NCBI GenBank assembly: GCA_964558905.1
Contig: CAZLGP010000055.1
Coordinates: 10,650-74,649 of the forward strand
DNA: 64,000 bases
Direction of reading: 5' to 3'
DNA from: an uncultured Thermoanaerobaculia bacterium
GTDB taxonomy: Bacteria; Acidobacteriota; Thermoanaerobaculia; Gp7-AA8
Shown: positions 49,873-59,166 of the stretch, one piece after another
Position numbering within the stretch: the stretch's first letter is position 1
Layout of the letters: the number at the start of each line of letters is the position of its first letter
Program-made: the position numbers and the translations under genes
The notes under the pieces: generated by a model
Databases searched by the model: none
The model's input: only the letters and a program-made list of their open reading frames with translations
What the model was told of the DNA's origin: nothing

Positions 49873-49920
49873 ACCACTACATCTAGTGGTGTCGTGCACA
49901 CGAAACACAACATCTCGCGT
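49873..49920. promoter_or_regulatory. candidate tandem NrdR boxes in the nrdJ leader
   Basis: CACCACTACATCTAGTGGTG is a near-perfect palindrome matching the NrdR consensus acaCwAtATaTwGtgt. A weaker second box ACACAACATCTCGCGT lies about 30 bp away. Both are about 490 bp upstream of the nrdJ ATG. Confidence 0.3.
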
Positions 49921-50287
49921 AAGTGATTGATTTCCAAGAAGTTCCATGGTTGGGTCGGCTTCCCGCCTAGGGGTGATTTTCCACCCGGCATCCACCGCTT
50001 ATCCGCGACTTTCCCGGAGGAATTCCACAGGCTTTTGCACAGGGGCGTTTTCGCGGAATCCTCAGTAAATCCGCGCGATTTTCACCTGTTTTGCACATGA
50101 TTTTCGTGGGCAATATCAGCGGATTCGTAGTGCGCCTTTTCATCAACTTTTTCGTTCGTTTTCCTCCCGAAAAAAGGGCGAAAAGCAAGCGGAATCCATA
50201 ATCTGCGGAAAAGTGGTTTCCAGCGGCCTCGACCACCACCGGTAGGGGTTCCGGGGAGCAGTGCACACAGAATGTGGCACGTGGAAC

Positions 50288-50333
50288 AATTTACCGGGTG
50301 CTGAGTGCTGAGTGCTGAGTGCTGGATGCTGAG
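50288..50333. repeat. tandem (GTGCTGAG)n array
   Basis: GGTGCTGAGTGCTGAGTGCTGAGTGCTGGATGCTGAGTCAG, abutting the stop of the membrane gene. Confidence 0.8.
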
Positions 50334-51320
50334 TCAGTACTTCCCCGTCGCGCCCGCTCCGCCGAATTGCCCGCCGTCCTCCGGCTTCGGCTCGAATTCT
50401 GCGCGGGGTAGAGCGACAGTGGCGACGGTCTCGAGCTCGTCGTCGAAGCTGGTGAGCCTTGCCGGCGTGCCGACGATGCCGGTGATCCTGTCGCGCAGGG
50501 CGCGCGATGCGAGCCAGGAGCCTCCAAGGAGGAGCGCTCCGCCGATGGCGAGCTTCGCTTCGACGGGGAGGGCGATCGTCCGCGCGAGCTCGATGGACGC
50601 GATGCCGACTCCGATCCCACCGGCGAGGAAGAGCGCGTGGTAGCGGTGGCGAATGGCGAGGAAGAGCGTCACGGCGCCGTACGCGAAGTAGAGCGAGATG
50701 GTGAGGTAGCGCCATTCGGCGTCGGCCTGCGCGTAGCCGACGACGGGAAGCAGGATGGCGATGGCGATGCCGAGGAGCTCGTTCGACGGACGGCGCCACG
50801 TGCGCAGCAGCGCGAACGCGGCGACGACGGCGATGACCAGCGCGGCGACGACGCCGAGGTCGAAACGCTTCTCGAAGTACACGGTGATGAAGCCGGCGGC
50901 GAGCGCGCCGAAGAGGGGATTGCGCACGCGCGCGCCCGGGATGGCCGCACCGGCCGCGAGCACCAGGAGCGACTCCGGCGTGCCTCGGCTCGGCAGCTCG
51001 CTGATCAGCGAGTACAGGCCGCCGATCCAGAGCGCCTCTTCGACGCCCGTCCACCACCAGCGCCACTTGCGGATCAAGGACTCGCCCAGCGCGATGGCGA
51101 TGACGCCGGTGGCGATGCCGGGGTAGGAGATGTCGATCTGATCGAGGAAGAAATAAAAACCGAGAACGCCGACGACGGTGAGGACAAAGAGCGTGGCTCG
51201 CAGAAGAATGCCGTGGGTCCGGTGGGGCACCTTCGCGGCTTCATCGAGGACGGACGCGGCGGCCGGGCCGGAAGCGCGGACCCCCGACAGCATCAGCGCG
51301 CGCTCGTGCTCGAGCTTCAT
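50334..51320 (-). CDS. polytopic membrane protein of unknown function (328 aa)
   Basis: Start at internal ATG 51320 (MKLEHERALM...); the upstream ORF part is Arg-rich noise. Eight to ten transmembrane segments. ATGA overlap with the upstream gene. Confidence 0.5.
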   Translation of the reverse strand: MKLEHERALMLSGVRASGPAAASVLDEAAKVPHRTHGILLRATLFVLTVVGVLGFYFFLDQIDISYPGIATGVIAIALGESLIRKWRWWWTGVEEALWIGGLYSLISELPSRGTPESLLVLAAGAAIPGARVRNPLFGALAAGFITVYFEKRFDLGVVAALVIAVVAAFALLRTWRRPSNELLGIAIAILLPVVGYAQADAEWRYLTISLYFAYGAVTLFLAIRHRYHALFLAGGIGVGIASIELARTIALPVEAKLAIGGALLLGGSWLASRALRDRITGIVGTPARLTSFDDELETVATVALPRAEFEPKPEDGGQFGGAGATGKY

Positions 51321-52240
51321 TTCGGCTCCTTGAAGCGCGCGTGCAGGAAGAGCAGGCCCGCGACGGCGGCGATCATCGAGACGAGGATGACCAGGAAGGC
51401 CAGGGCCTCGAATCGATCCACGAGCTCGAGGAGCATCCAGTCGGCGGCGATGATGCCGTAGACGACGCCGTACAGGACGAACGGCTCGTGCCGCGTGCGG
51501 AAGCCCCAAACGATCACCGCGATGGCGATGGCAATCGTGAGGAGCCCCCCCAGCGCAACCTGATCGTCCATGAGCGAGAGGCCGCCGATGAGCGCGGCGT
51601 TGGCGGCGAAGTGCTCGAAGGTGCGGGCGAAGGAGACGGCCGGCGGTTGACGGTTGGCGGATGGCGGGAGCTTTGAGTCGATCGCGCGCCAGGCGATGAG
51701 AAGCGCGGCGAGCTCGAACGCGGGGAGGGCGACATCCACGAAGCCGCGGTCTTTGTCGAAGCCGAGGTATCCGCCGAGGGCGGTGATGGCGAGGGAGAGC
51801 AACATGCGCGAGCGGTATGCGTACGCGGCCGCGGTGTGGACGACAGCGAGGAGGAGCAGGTGGCGCTTCCACGCGTCGTCGAAGAGGTGGAACTGCGCCT
51901 CGATGAAGGCAACGTCGGCGCTGACGAGCAGCGCGCCGAGGAGGAGGATGTAGTCGTCGACGACGCTCGCCCGCGCGCGGCGCCACCAGGTCCACCCGTA
52001 GCACGCGGCCGCGGCGACGCCGATGAGGATCGCCAGCGCCAGCGGTCCGATGCGATCGAGGTTGTCCTTGAGAAGCACGCCCGCCGCCCCGGCAAGGAGG
52101 GTCGCGCCCAGCCATCCGGCGATGCGCAGCTCGGGATAGACGGAGAAGACCTCACGTCGCTCGCGCGCGATCAGCGCGTTCGTCGCCGCATCGCCGAGAC
52201 GCGGGCGGAGAGCTTCGAGCTCGGGCTCGAGGGAGAACAC
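51317..52240 (-). CDS. polytopic membrane protein of unknown function (~307 aa)
   Basis: GTG start at 52240 chosen because the upstream ORF residues (PHPAPRTPHPAPRT) are a translation of the tandem repeats. Confidence 0.45.
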   Translation of the reverse strand: MFSLEPELEALRPRLGDAATNALIARERREVFSVYPELRIAGWLGATLLAGAAGVLLKDNLDRIGPLALAILIGVAAAACYGWTWWRRARASVVDDYILLLGALLVSADVAFIEAQFHLFDDAWKRHLLLLAVVHTAAAYAYRSRMLLSLAITALGGYLGFDKDRGFVDVALPAFELAALLIAWRAIDSKLPPSANRQPPAVSFARTFEHFAANAALIGGLSLMDDQVALGGLLTIAIAIAVIVWGFRTRHEPFVLYGVVYGIIAADWMLLELVDRFEALAFLVILVSMIAAVAGLLFLHARFKEPK

Positions 52241-52244
52241 AGGG

Positions 52245-52480
52245 CCATCATAGTGCTGAGTCCTGAGTGCTGAGTCCTGAGTTCTGAGTCCTGGGTGCTG
52301 GGTGCTGGGTGCGGGGTGCGGGGTGCGGGGTGCGGGGTGCGGGGTGCGGGGTGCGGGGTGCGGGGTAAAAGGTGAAAGGCGTTTTCCAGGGGCGAAGCTA
52401 CTGCAGGACAGGCGGTGCTGGCGCTGACTTCTAGCACTCAGCACTCAGCACTCAGCACTCAGCACTCAGCACTCCCCGCG
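52245..52480. repeat. composite tandem-repeat region: (GTGCTGAGTCCTGAGT)n, (GGGTGCTG)3, (GGGGTGCG)8, then inverted (CTCAGCAC)5
   Basis: Read directly. The CTCAGCAC array is the inverse of the (GTGCTGAG)n array at 50288. Confidence 0.85.
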
Positions 52481-52482
52481 AA

Positions 52483-53067
52483 TCAGACCCAGTTATCCAG
52501 TTTCTCGACGCTGACGACGCTCCAGCCGAAGCCGGTGGTCTTGACGGTCTGGCGGACGAACGTCCAGCCGAGTTTCCCCCGCCAGCCGAGGATGGCAAAG
52601 CGGTGGCCTTCCTCGCGCTTGTGGGATTCGACAACGGTGATGTTCGGCGTGGACATCCAGCGCAGCCAACTCGTGGCGTCTTTCATCTCTGTCGCGATCG
52701 TCGACTGCATGCCTTTGGCGTTCATCGACGAGTCCTCGAGTTGCTCGTTCACGTGTACGACGCGCGGGGTGTACCAGTTCTTGTCGACCGCGAACATGCA
52801 GCCGGTCAGCGGACCGGTGTAGAAGTAGTCGGCCTGGCTGCCGAGCTTCCCGGTCGAGACGTCGTTCTCAGCCCACCCCAGGACATAAAACGAAGCTCGC
52901 TCCTCCTCGGAACCGGCGGTTTTCATCTGGGCGACGTTGAGGTCGTCGTCGTACTCGAGCTTCAGGTACTTCACGCGGAGCCCGACCCCTTCGGCCGGAC
53001 AGGTCGTCGGGACGCTCTGCAGAAACTTCAACGGGTCCGCCGTGAACTGCTTCGTCACATTGGCCAT
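52483..53067 (-). CDS. hypothetical protein (194 aa) lying between repeat arrays
   Basis: Start at internal ATG 53067 (MANVTKQFTADPLKFLQ...). Diverse composition and lower GC. No family recognised. Confidence 0.4.
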   Translation of the reverse strand: MANVTKQFTADPLKFLQSVPTTCPAEGVGLRVKYLKLEYDDDLNVAQMKTAGSEEERASFYVLGWAENDVSTGKLGSQADYFYTGPLTGCMFAVDKNWYTPRVVHVNEQLEDSSMNAKGMQSTIATEMKDATSWLRWMSTPNITVVESHKREEGHRFAILGWRGKLGWTFVRQTVKTTGFGWSVVSVEKLDNWV

Positions 53068-53249
53068 GGATGCAGCTTCGCACAGCTTCGCATTGGCTTC
53101 GCAGAGAATAGGGGGAAGGTGCAAAGTGGCTTCGCTTGTCGGCGCGAGCACCTTCCTTTCTCTTCGAGAACACCGGTGGGGTGTAGGTCGCGTTGTAGCT
53201 GTATGGCACGCGTTGCGACGTATGCGGAAGTCCCGGTTGGATGGGACCT

Positions 53250-53622
53250 GGGGCGCTCTGTCGCCCGCTACGCGGGCTGGATTGGACGCAATCGCAAGTC
53301 CCCCGGCTGAAAGCCGGGGGCTATTTCCTCTTGCCCGCTACGCGGGCGCATTGACCGCTTCGTGGGGGCACATTGACCGCTTCGTGGGCCTATTGACCGC
53401 CGTGAGTCTGCGCGATTGAAGCGTCAGGCACGTTGCGCCGCCCGAACCGCGACCGTCGAATTATCGGAGACGTGCCGTAAGGCGGTGCAACCAGCGATGC
53501 CCGCCGAGCCGGCTAGTGTGCGCGAAGGGGCGTCAGGCGGTTGCGCCGCCCGAAGCCGCGACCGTCGAATTTATCGGAGACGTGCCGTGAGGCGGAGTAA
53601 CCAGCGATGCCCGCCGAGCCGG
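53250..53622. repeat. repeat cluster: 2x CCCGCTACGCGGGC, 2x CATTGACCGCTTCGTGGG, and two tandem copies of the ~90-bp GC-rich element
   Basis: 53441-53531 and 53531-53622 are about 90% identical direct repeats. They are related to 12425-12525. Confidence 0.8.
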
Positions 53623-54576
53623 CTAGACGAGATACGCTACTGCGAAGCCGATCTGCGCGGCCATCATCATCAGATACATGTGGCGCCAGCTGGGGTGGTT
53701 CTCGGTGGCCGTGAGCTCGTCGGGATTGCGGACGATCAGCCAGACCGTGTACGCGCCCCACAGCGCGAGGGTGAATCCGAGGATGGTGATGAAGGTGGCG
53801 TTGCCGGTGAGGATCCCGGTGCTCGCACCGATGGGCATGAGCAGCCAGGGGATCACGAAGAAGGGGGAGATCATCCAGGCCGCCTTGCGCACGCCGAAGG
53901 CGATGGGCAGGGTGCGGCAGCCGCCGGCGGCGTCGCCTTTCATGTCGCTGAAGTCTTTCGTCGACGCGGCGCCGAGGAGGAAGAGCATGAAGATCAGACC
54001 GATGAACCACGGCTCGGCTTCGAGCGCGCGCGCGACCATCGTCCAGCCGGCGACCTTCAGCAGCAATCCCCGGGGGATGGCGATGGTCAGGTTCGCGCCG
54101 ATGGGATGCGCCTTCGTGCGGCCGAGGGCGGGAACGGAGTAGACGAAGGTCGACACCAGGGCGATGACGTAGATGAAGAAACACTCGTGCCACGCCAGCG
54201 GCGCGAAGAGCTTCTGCGTCCAGGTGGTGTACGGATAAACGACGACGAGCCACGTAGGGATCGTCCCCAGTGCATAGAGGATCCAGGTGAAGATCCACGC
54301 CCCGCGAGTGGAGACCTGGCCCGCCACGAGCGGGCGATTGGGCTTGTTGATGCGGTCGATCTCGAGGTCGTAGATCTGATTGAGGGTGTTGTTCGCGGCA
54401 TTGAGGAACGCCGCGCAGAGGGAGCCAAGAGCGACGGTGAGGAGGACGGAGGTGGTGACCGCGCGGCTGGGATCGGGATTGTGAGCGGAGCCCCACGCGC
54501 AGACGGCGCCGGAGATGATGCCGAGGAGCGGCGGCAGGAGAGTGAAGGGTCGGGCGAGGGTGAGGTAGGCACGCAA
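53623..54576 (-). CDS. UbiA-family prenyltransferase
   Basis: NTLNQIYDLEIDRINKPNRPL (NxxxDxxxD motif). Nine transmembrane segments. Confidence 0.85.
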   Translation of the reverse strand: MRAYLTLARPFTLLPPLLGIISGAVCAWGSAHNPDPSRAVTTSVLLTVALGSLCAAFLNAANNTLNQIYDLEIDRINKPNRPLVAGQVSTRGAWIFTWILYALGTIPTWLVVVYPYTTWTQKLFAPLAWHECFFIYVIALVSTFVYSVPALGRTKAHPIGANLTIAIPRGLLLKVAGWTMVARALEAEPWFIGLIFMLFLLGAASTKDFSDMKGDAAGGCRTLPIAFGVRKAAWMISPFFVIPWLLMPIGASTGILTGNATFITILGFTLALWGAYTVWLIVRNPDELTATENHPSWRHMYLMMMAAQIGFAVAYLV

Positions 54577-54595
54577 GCGGCCGGTAGTGTACTGC

Positions 54596-54722
54596 TCTGA
54601 ACCCTGAGCGGGAGCGAAGGGTCATGGGTGCCCCCTCGTTGCGTGGCCGCGCGGTCGCATCGCGTGGCACCGACCTCGTGAGGGCTCCCTTGACCCTTCG
54701 CTCCGCTCAGGGTTCGGGGGGG
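54596..54722. repeat. MITE-like element with GACCCTTCGCTCCGCTCAGGG arms
   Basis: CCCTGAGCGGGAGCGAAGGGTCA ... TGACCCTTCGCTCCGCTCAGGG. Same family as 61440-61680. Confidence 0.8.
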
Positions 54723-54754
54723 CGCCAACCGCCAACCGGTAGTAGACTCCTTCC

Positions 54755-55585
54755 GTGCCAGCACCACGCAAAGCCGCCCCTGAGACCGTCACCGAGGACG
54801 CCGATTACGGCAAGCCACCTTCCCAACGCATGAGCGAGAGCAAGATCGCGCTCTTCATCGACTTCGAGAACATCGCCATCGGCGTGATGGACGCGAAGTA
54901 CAAGAAATTCGAGATCAACCTGGTCCTGGAGCGCCTCCTGGAGAAGGGGAAGCTCGTCGTCAAGCGCGCCTACAGCGACTGGGACAAGTTCCCGGACTAC
55001 AAGCGCGAGTTGCACGAAGCGGCCATCGAGATGATCGAGATTCCCGGCCGCGGCTACTCGGGCAAGAACTCCGCGGACATCCGCATGGCCGTCGACGCGA
55101 TGGACATGTGCTGGTCCAAGGACCACATCGACCTCTTCGTCATCGCCTCCGGCGACTCCGACTTCTCGCCGCTGGTCTCGAAACTGAAGGAGAACGACAA
55201 GTACGTGATCGGCTGCGGCGTGAAGAACTCGTCGAGCAACCTGCTGATCGACAACTGCGACGAGTTCATCTTCTACGAGGACCTCGTCCGCGGCGTGGCC
55301 AAGGCTCCGAAGGTCGCGTTCCAGGACAAGAAGAAGGCCGAGGTGTTCAAGCTCCTCATCGACTCGATCAAGGCCCTCATGCGCGAGAACAAAGAGATCC
55401 TCTGGGGATCGATGGTCAAGCAGACCATGCAGCGCAAGAAGCCGACGTTCAACGAGGAGTACTACGGCTACAACACCTTCAGCGACCTGCTGGAAGACGC
55501 GCAGAGCAACGACATCATCAAGATCAAGAAGGACCAGAAGTCGGGGTCTTACGTGATCACGGGGTTCGCGCAGTCGGCCGTTTGA
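54755..55585 (+). CDS. NYN-domain (LabA-like) protein with C-terminal OST-HTH/LOTUS-like domain
   Basis: IALFIDFENIAIG...RAYSDW...VIASGDSDFSPLV acidic residues. Lower GC than its surroundings. The start may be the ATG at 54830. Confidence 0.75.
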   Translation: MPAPRKAAPETVTEDADYGKPPSQRMSESKIALFIDFENIAIGVMDAKYKKFEINLVLERLLEKGKLVVKRAYSDWDKFPDYKRELHEAAIEMIEIPGRGYSGKNSADIRMAVDAMDMCWSKDHIDLFVIASGDSDFSPLVSKLKENDKYVIGCGVKNSSSNLLIDNCDEFIFYEDLVRGVAKAPKVAFQDKKKAEVFKLLIDSIKALMRENKEILWGSMVKQTMQRKKPTFNEEYYGYNTFSDLLEDAQSNDIIKIKKDQKSGSYVITGFAQSAV

Positions 55586-55760
55586 GTCGTCGAGTCGCCG
55601 AGTCGTCGAGTCTTTGCGACGTCGCGGCTTCAGGGGTGGAGGCTCATAGGCTCACAGGCTCACAGACGACGACCCTGTGCGACTGTGAGACTGTGAGACT
55701 GAGACTGTGAGACTCCGCGGCGACTCGACGACTCGGCGACTCAAAGACCCGGCGACATAG
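55575..55760. repeat. nested inverted arrays of tandem octamers (GAGTCGTC / GCTCACAG / GTGAGACT / GACTCGAC)
   Basis: Outer arms GAGTCGTCGAGTCGCCGAGTCGTCGAGTC versus GACTCGACGACTCGGCGACTC. Inner arms (GGCTCACA)n versus (TGTGAGAC)n. Confidence 0.85.
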
Positions 55761-55770
55761 AATACGCGCC

Positions 55771-57426
55771 GTGCCCGGCCTCGAGAATCGCGCCCACTAT
55801 CCCGTGCTCATCATCGGTACCGGCATTTCCGGGCTAACGACCGCTTTCACGCTCGCGAGCGCGGGGATGAAGGTACTGCTGGTGACGAAGGCCTCCGATC
55901 CCGCGGACTGCAATACGTCATGGGCGCAGGGCGGGATCATCTACCAGGGGGAGGGCGACACGCCGGCGCAGCTGGTGACGGACATCGCCCGGGCCGGCGC
56001 GGGGATCTCGAACGAGGAAGCAGTGAACTGGCTCGCCGTGGAGGGGCCGCGCGTCGTCAAACAGCTGCTGCTCGACAGCGTACACGTGCCGTTCTCGACG
56101 AGGGACGAGGGGGAGCTCGACCTGACGCAGGAGGGGGCGCACTCGATGCCGCGCATCATCCACGCCGGCGACGCCACCGGACGCGCGATCGAGACCTCGC
56201 TCCTCAACCGCGTGAAGTCGGAGCCGAACATCACGCTTGCCACGGACATCACGGCCATCGATCTTCTGACGACCCACCACCATCCGCTCGACATCCAGGT
56301 GCGCTATCGCCTGTCCAACGAGTGCGTGGGGGCGTATCTGCTCGACAACCGCACGAACGAGGTCTACACGATCTTCGCCGACTACACGGTCCTCGCGACA
56401 GGCGGCATCGGCCAGATCTATCTGCATACGACGAACACGCGAAACTCCCTCGGCGACGGCGTAGTCATGGCCCATCGCGCGGGCGCGCGGATCATGAACG
56501 CGGAGTACGTCCAGTTCCACCCCACCGCGCTCGCGGACAAGAATGCGAATCACTTCCTGATCTCCGAGGCGCTGCGGGGTGAGGGGGCTCGGCTCCGGAA
56601 TCAGCGGGGCGAGTACTTCATGGAGCGCTACGCGCCCGAGCAGAAGGACCTGGCCCCGCGCGACATCGTGGCTCGGGCGATCGTCGAGGAGATGACGCGC
56701 AACAAGGAAGAATTCGTCTACCTCGACCTGGCCAACTACTACCACGGGCCGCAGCCGATCGCGGAGCGCTTCCCGAACATCCGCAAAGCGTGTCTCGACA
56801 TGGGCATCGACATCGAGCGCGATCCCATCCCGGTGGTTCCCGCGGCGCACTACTTCTGCGGTGGGATTCTGGTGAACACGTTCGGGGAGTCGACGCTGGC
56901 CCGGTTGTACGCGATCGGCGAGACGTCGTGCTCGGGCCTGCACGGCGGGAACCGCCTGGCGTCGACGTCACTGCTCGAGGGACTGACCTGGGGCTACTAC
57001 TCGGCGCAGTCGATTCGCCAGAAGATCACCACCCCGGCGTCGAGCGCGTCGCCGTCCGCGCGGCGCGCGTACTCTTCCCTCCCCGCCGGCAACGGCTCGA
57101 TCCCCGGTTCCATCCTCGGAACGATCCCGGACTGGCGGCCGCCCGGAAGCGAGAACCTCGAGGATCCCGCGCTCATCCTCCAGGACTGGACGACGATCCA
57201 ACACACGATGTGGAACTACGTGGGGATCGTCCGCACCTACGAGCGTCTCAAGCGCGCTCTCGCCGACATGCACCACCTCGGCACGCGCCTCACGAAGTAC
57301 TACCACGAGTCGACGATCAGCAAGTCGATCGTGGAGCTCTTCCACGGGCAGCAGATGGCGACGATCGTCGCGAACGCCGCGATCCGGAATCCGCAGTCGA
57401 CCGGGGCTCACTTCCGGAAGGATTGA
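55771..57426 (+). CDS. nadB: L-aspartate oxidase
   Basis: FAD-binding IIGTGISGL. Flavoprotein and succinate-dehydrogenase-like catalytic region including HYFCGG. Confidence 0.9.
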   Translation: MPGLENRAHYPVLIIGTGISGLTTAFTLASAGMKVLLVTKASDPADCNTSWAQGGIIYQGEGDTPAQLVTDIARAGAGISNEEAVNWLAVEGPRVVKQLLLDSVHVPFSTRDEGELDLTQEGAHSMPRIIHAGDATGRAIETSLLNRVKSEPNITLATDITAIDLLTTHHHPLDIQVRYRLSNECVGAYLLDNRTNEVYTIFADYTVLATGGIGQIYLHTTNTRNSLGDGVVMAHRAGARIMNAEYVQFHPTALADKNANHFLISEALRGEGARLRNQRGEYFMERYAPEQKDLAPRDIVARAIVEEMTRNKEEFVYLDLANYYHGPQPIAERFPNIRKACLDMGIDIERDPIPVVPAAHYFCGGILVNTFGESTLARLYAIGETSCSGLHGGNRLASTSLLEGLTWGYYSAQSIRQKITTPASSASPSARRAYSSLPAGNGSIPGSILGTIPDWRPPGSENLEDPALILQDWTTIQHTMWNYVGIVRTYERLKRALADMHHLGTRLTKYYHESTISKSIVELFHGQQMATIVANAAIRNPQSTGAHFRKD

Positions 57427-57442
57427 CGGCCCGCTGCCATCC

Positions 57443-58879
57443 TCAAGCGTTCTGCTTGAGCTCTCCTACGATTCCCTGCAGCGCCTTCTTCGCGTCGAGG
57501 AACAGCATCATGGTGTTCGGGTTCTCGAAGAGCTCGTTCTTGATGCCCGCGAAGCCTGCCGACAGGGAGCGCTTGATGACGATGACCGATCCCGCGTTCC
57601 AGGCCTGAAGCACGGGCATGCCGGCGATCGCGCTCTGGGGGTCCTTCTCCGCAGCCGGATTCACGACGTCGTTCGCACCGATGACCAGCGCGACGTCGGC
57701 GGTCTTGAGCTCACGGTTCGATTCGTCCAGCTCGAGCAGCTTCTCGTATTCGACGTCCGCCTCCGCGAGGAGGACGTTCATATGACCCGGCATGCGCCCG
57801 GCGACCGGATGAATCGCATAGAAGACCTGCGCGCCACGCGCCTCGATGATGTCGGCGATCTCGCGTACGGTGTGCTGCGCCTGGGCGACGGCGAGGCCGT
57901 ATCCGGGAATCACGATGATCTTCTCGGCTGCGTCGAGGAGCATGGCCGCCTCTTCCACGCCGCCCGATCTCACGGGACCGTACTCGCCGCCGCCGCCGCC
58001 GGCGCCTTCCGTCACCGCGCCGAATCCGCCGAAGATGACGTTGGCGAGTGAGCGGTTCATCGCCTTGGTCATCACATTCGTGAGGATGAGACCGGAGGCA
58101 CCCACGAGCGCGCCGGCAACGATCAGCATGGCGTTGTTGATGACGAATCCCGTCGCCGCCGCGGCCAGTCCCGAATAGGAGTTGAGCAGGGAGATGACGA
58201 CCGGCATGTCGGCGCCGCCGATGGGGATGACGAGCATCACCCCGAGGGCGAGAGACAGGGCGATGACGATCCACGCCAGCATCACGTACTGCGCGGGCTC
58301 TAGCGTCCCAAACGCGAACCAGAGGCCGACACCGACCGGGATCAGAAAGAGGATCGCGTTGATGACGTGGCGTCCAGGGAGAAGCACCGGGTTGCCTTTG
58401 GCGATCTTTCCCTGCAGTTTGAGGTAGGCGATGAGGCTGCCGGCGAGCGTGACGCCGCCGATCAGAATCGACAGCGCGATGGTGAGCGCGGAGGATGCAC
58501 CGATGGCGTCGGCGAGACGGCCGGTCTTCCCGGCCTCGATGTAGCCGACGTAGAGAGCCGACGTCGCCACGAGGAGCGATGCGCCGCCACCGAAGCCGTT
58601 GAAGATGGCCACCATCTCCGGCATCATCGTCATCGGGACGCGGACCGCGCCGAGCCAGCCGATGACCGAGCCGATGAGCACCCCGGCGATGATCCAGCGG
58701 TAGTCGATCCGGCCGGCCTCGATCAACGTGCCGATGATGGCCAGCAGCATCCCCAGGCCGGCCATCGCGTTGCCCCGACGCGCCGAGCTCACCTTGGTCA
58801 TGCCTTTCAGGCCGAGGATGAAGAGCGCCGCGGAGACGAGGTAGAGGATCTGCACGAGAGTCGCGACCACGTTGCTCAT
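57443..58879 (-). CDS. pntB: NAD(P) transhydrogenase beta subunit
   Basis: Start at internal ATG 58879 (MSNVVATLVQ...). Membrane domain plus NADP(H)-binding domain III. Confidence 0.9.
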   Translation of the reverse strand: MSNVVATLVQILYLVSAALFILGLKGMTKVSSARRGNAMAGLGMLLAIIGTLIEAGRIDYRWIIAGVLIGSVIGWLGAVRVPMTMMPEMVAIFNGFGGGASLLVATSALYVGYIEAGKTGRLADAIGASSALTIALSILIGGVTLAGSLIAYLKLQGKIAKGNPVLLPGRHVINAILFLIPVGVGLWFAFGTLEPAQYVMLAWIVIALSLALGVMLVIPIGGADMPVVISLLNSYSGLAAAATGFVINNAMLIVAGALVGASGLILTNVMTKAMNRSLANVIFGGFGAVTEGAGGGGGEYGPVRSGGVEEAAMLLDAAEKIIVIPGYGLAVAQAQHTVREIADIIEARGAQVFYAIHPVAGRMPGHMNVLLAEADVEYEKLLELDESNRELKTADVALVIGANDVVNPAAEKDPQSAIAGMPVLQAWNAGSVIVIKRSLSAGFAGIKNELFENPNTMMLFLDAKKALQGIVGELKQNA

Positions 58880-59166
58880 GCTTTTTTCTTCCCGAACATC
58901 CGGAGCATCCGGTCGGTGACGGCGAAGCCGCCCACGACGTTGATCATGGCGAAGACGATGGCCGTGACGCCGAGGATGTTGCTCATGGTCACGTTGCCGG
59001 TGTTGGCCGCGAGAAGCGCTCCGACGATGGTGATGCCGGAGATGGCGTTCGCGCCGGACATGAGCGGCGTGTGGAGCGTCGGCGGGATCTTCGTGATGAT
59101 CTCGAGACCGACGAACATTGCGAGAACGAACAGATAGATGCCGATCAGCAGTGGACCCATGTTCAT
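58876..59166 (-). CDS. pntAB: NAD(P) transhydrogenase alpha subunit part 2 (membrane)
   Basis: 96 aa, three transmembrane segments. ATGA overlap with pntB. Confidence 0.85.
   Translation of the reverse strand: MNMGPLLIGIYLFVLAMFVGLEIITKIPPTLHTPLMSGANAISGITIVGALLAANTGNVTMSNILGVTAIVFAMINVVGGFAVTDRMLRMFGKKKA

Noticed and set aside
49386-50287. Cobalamin riboswitch upstream of nrdJ
   Set aside because: A B12-dependent RNR is not expected to be B12-repressed. No B12-box-like conserved core was recognisable by eye.
50143-52155. Multiple overlapping 100-300-aa ORFs in both strands across the membrane-gene pair
   Set aside because: Arg/Pro-rich. They are explained by the two membrane-protein genes and by the tandem repeats being translated.
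52245-52480. CRISPR array
   Set aside because: Repeat units are 8 bp and tandem, with no spacers. The same holds for all the other octamer arrays. No cas genes are present.
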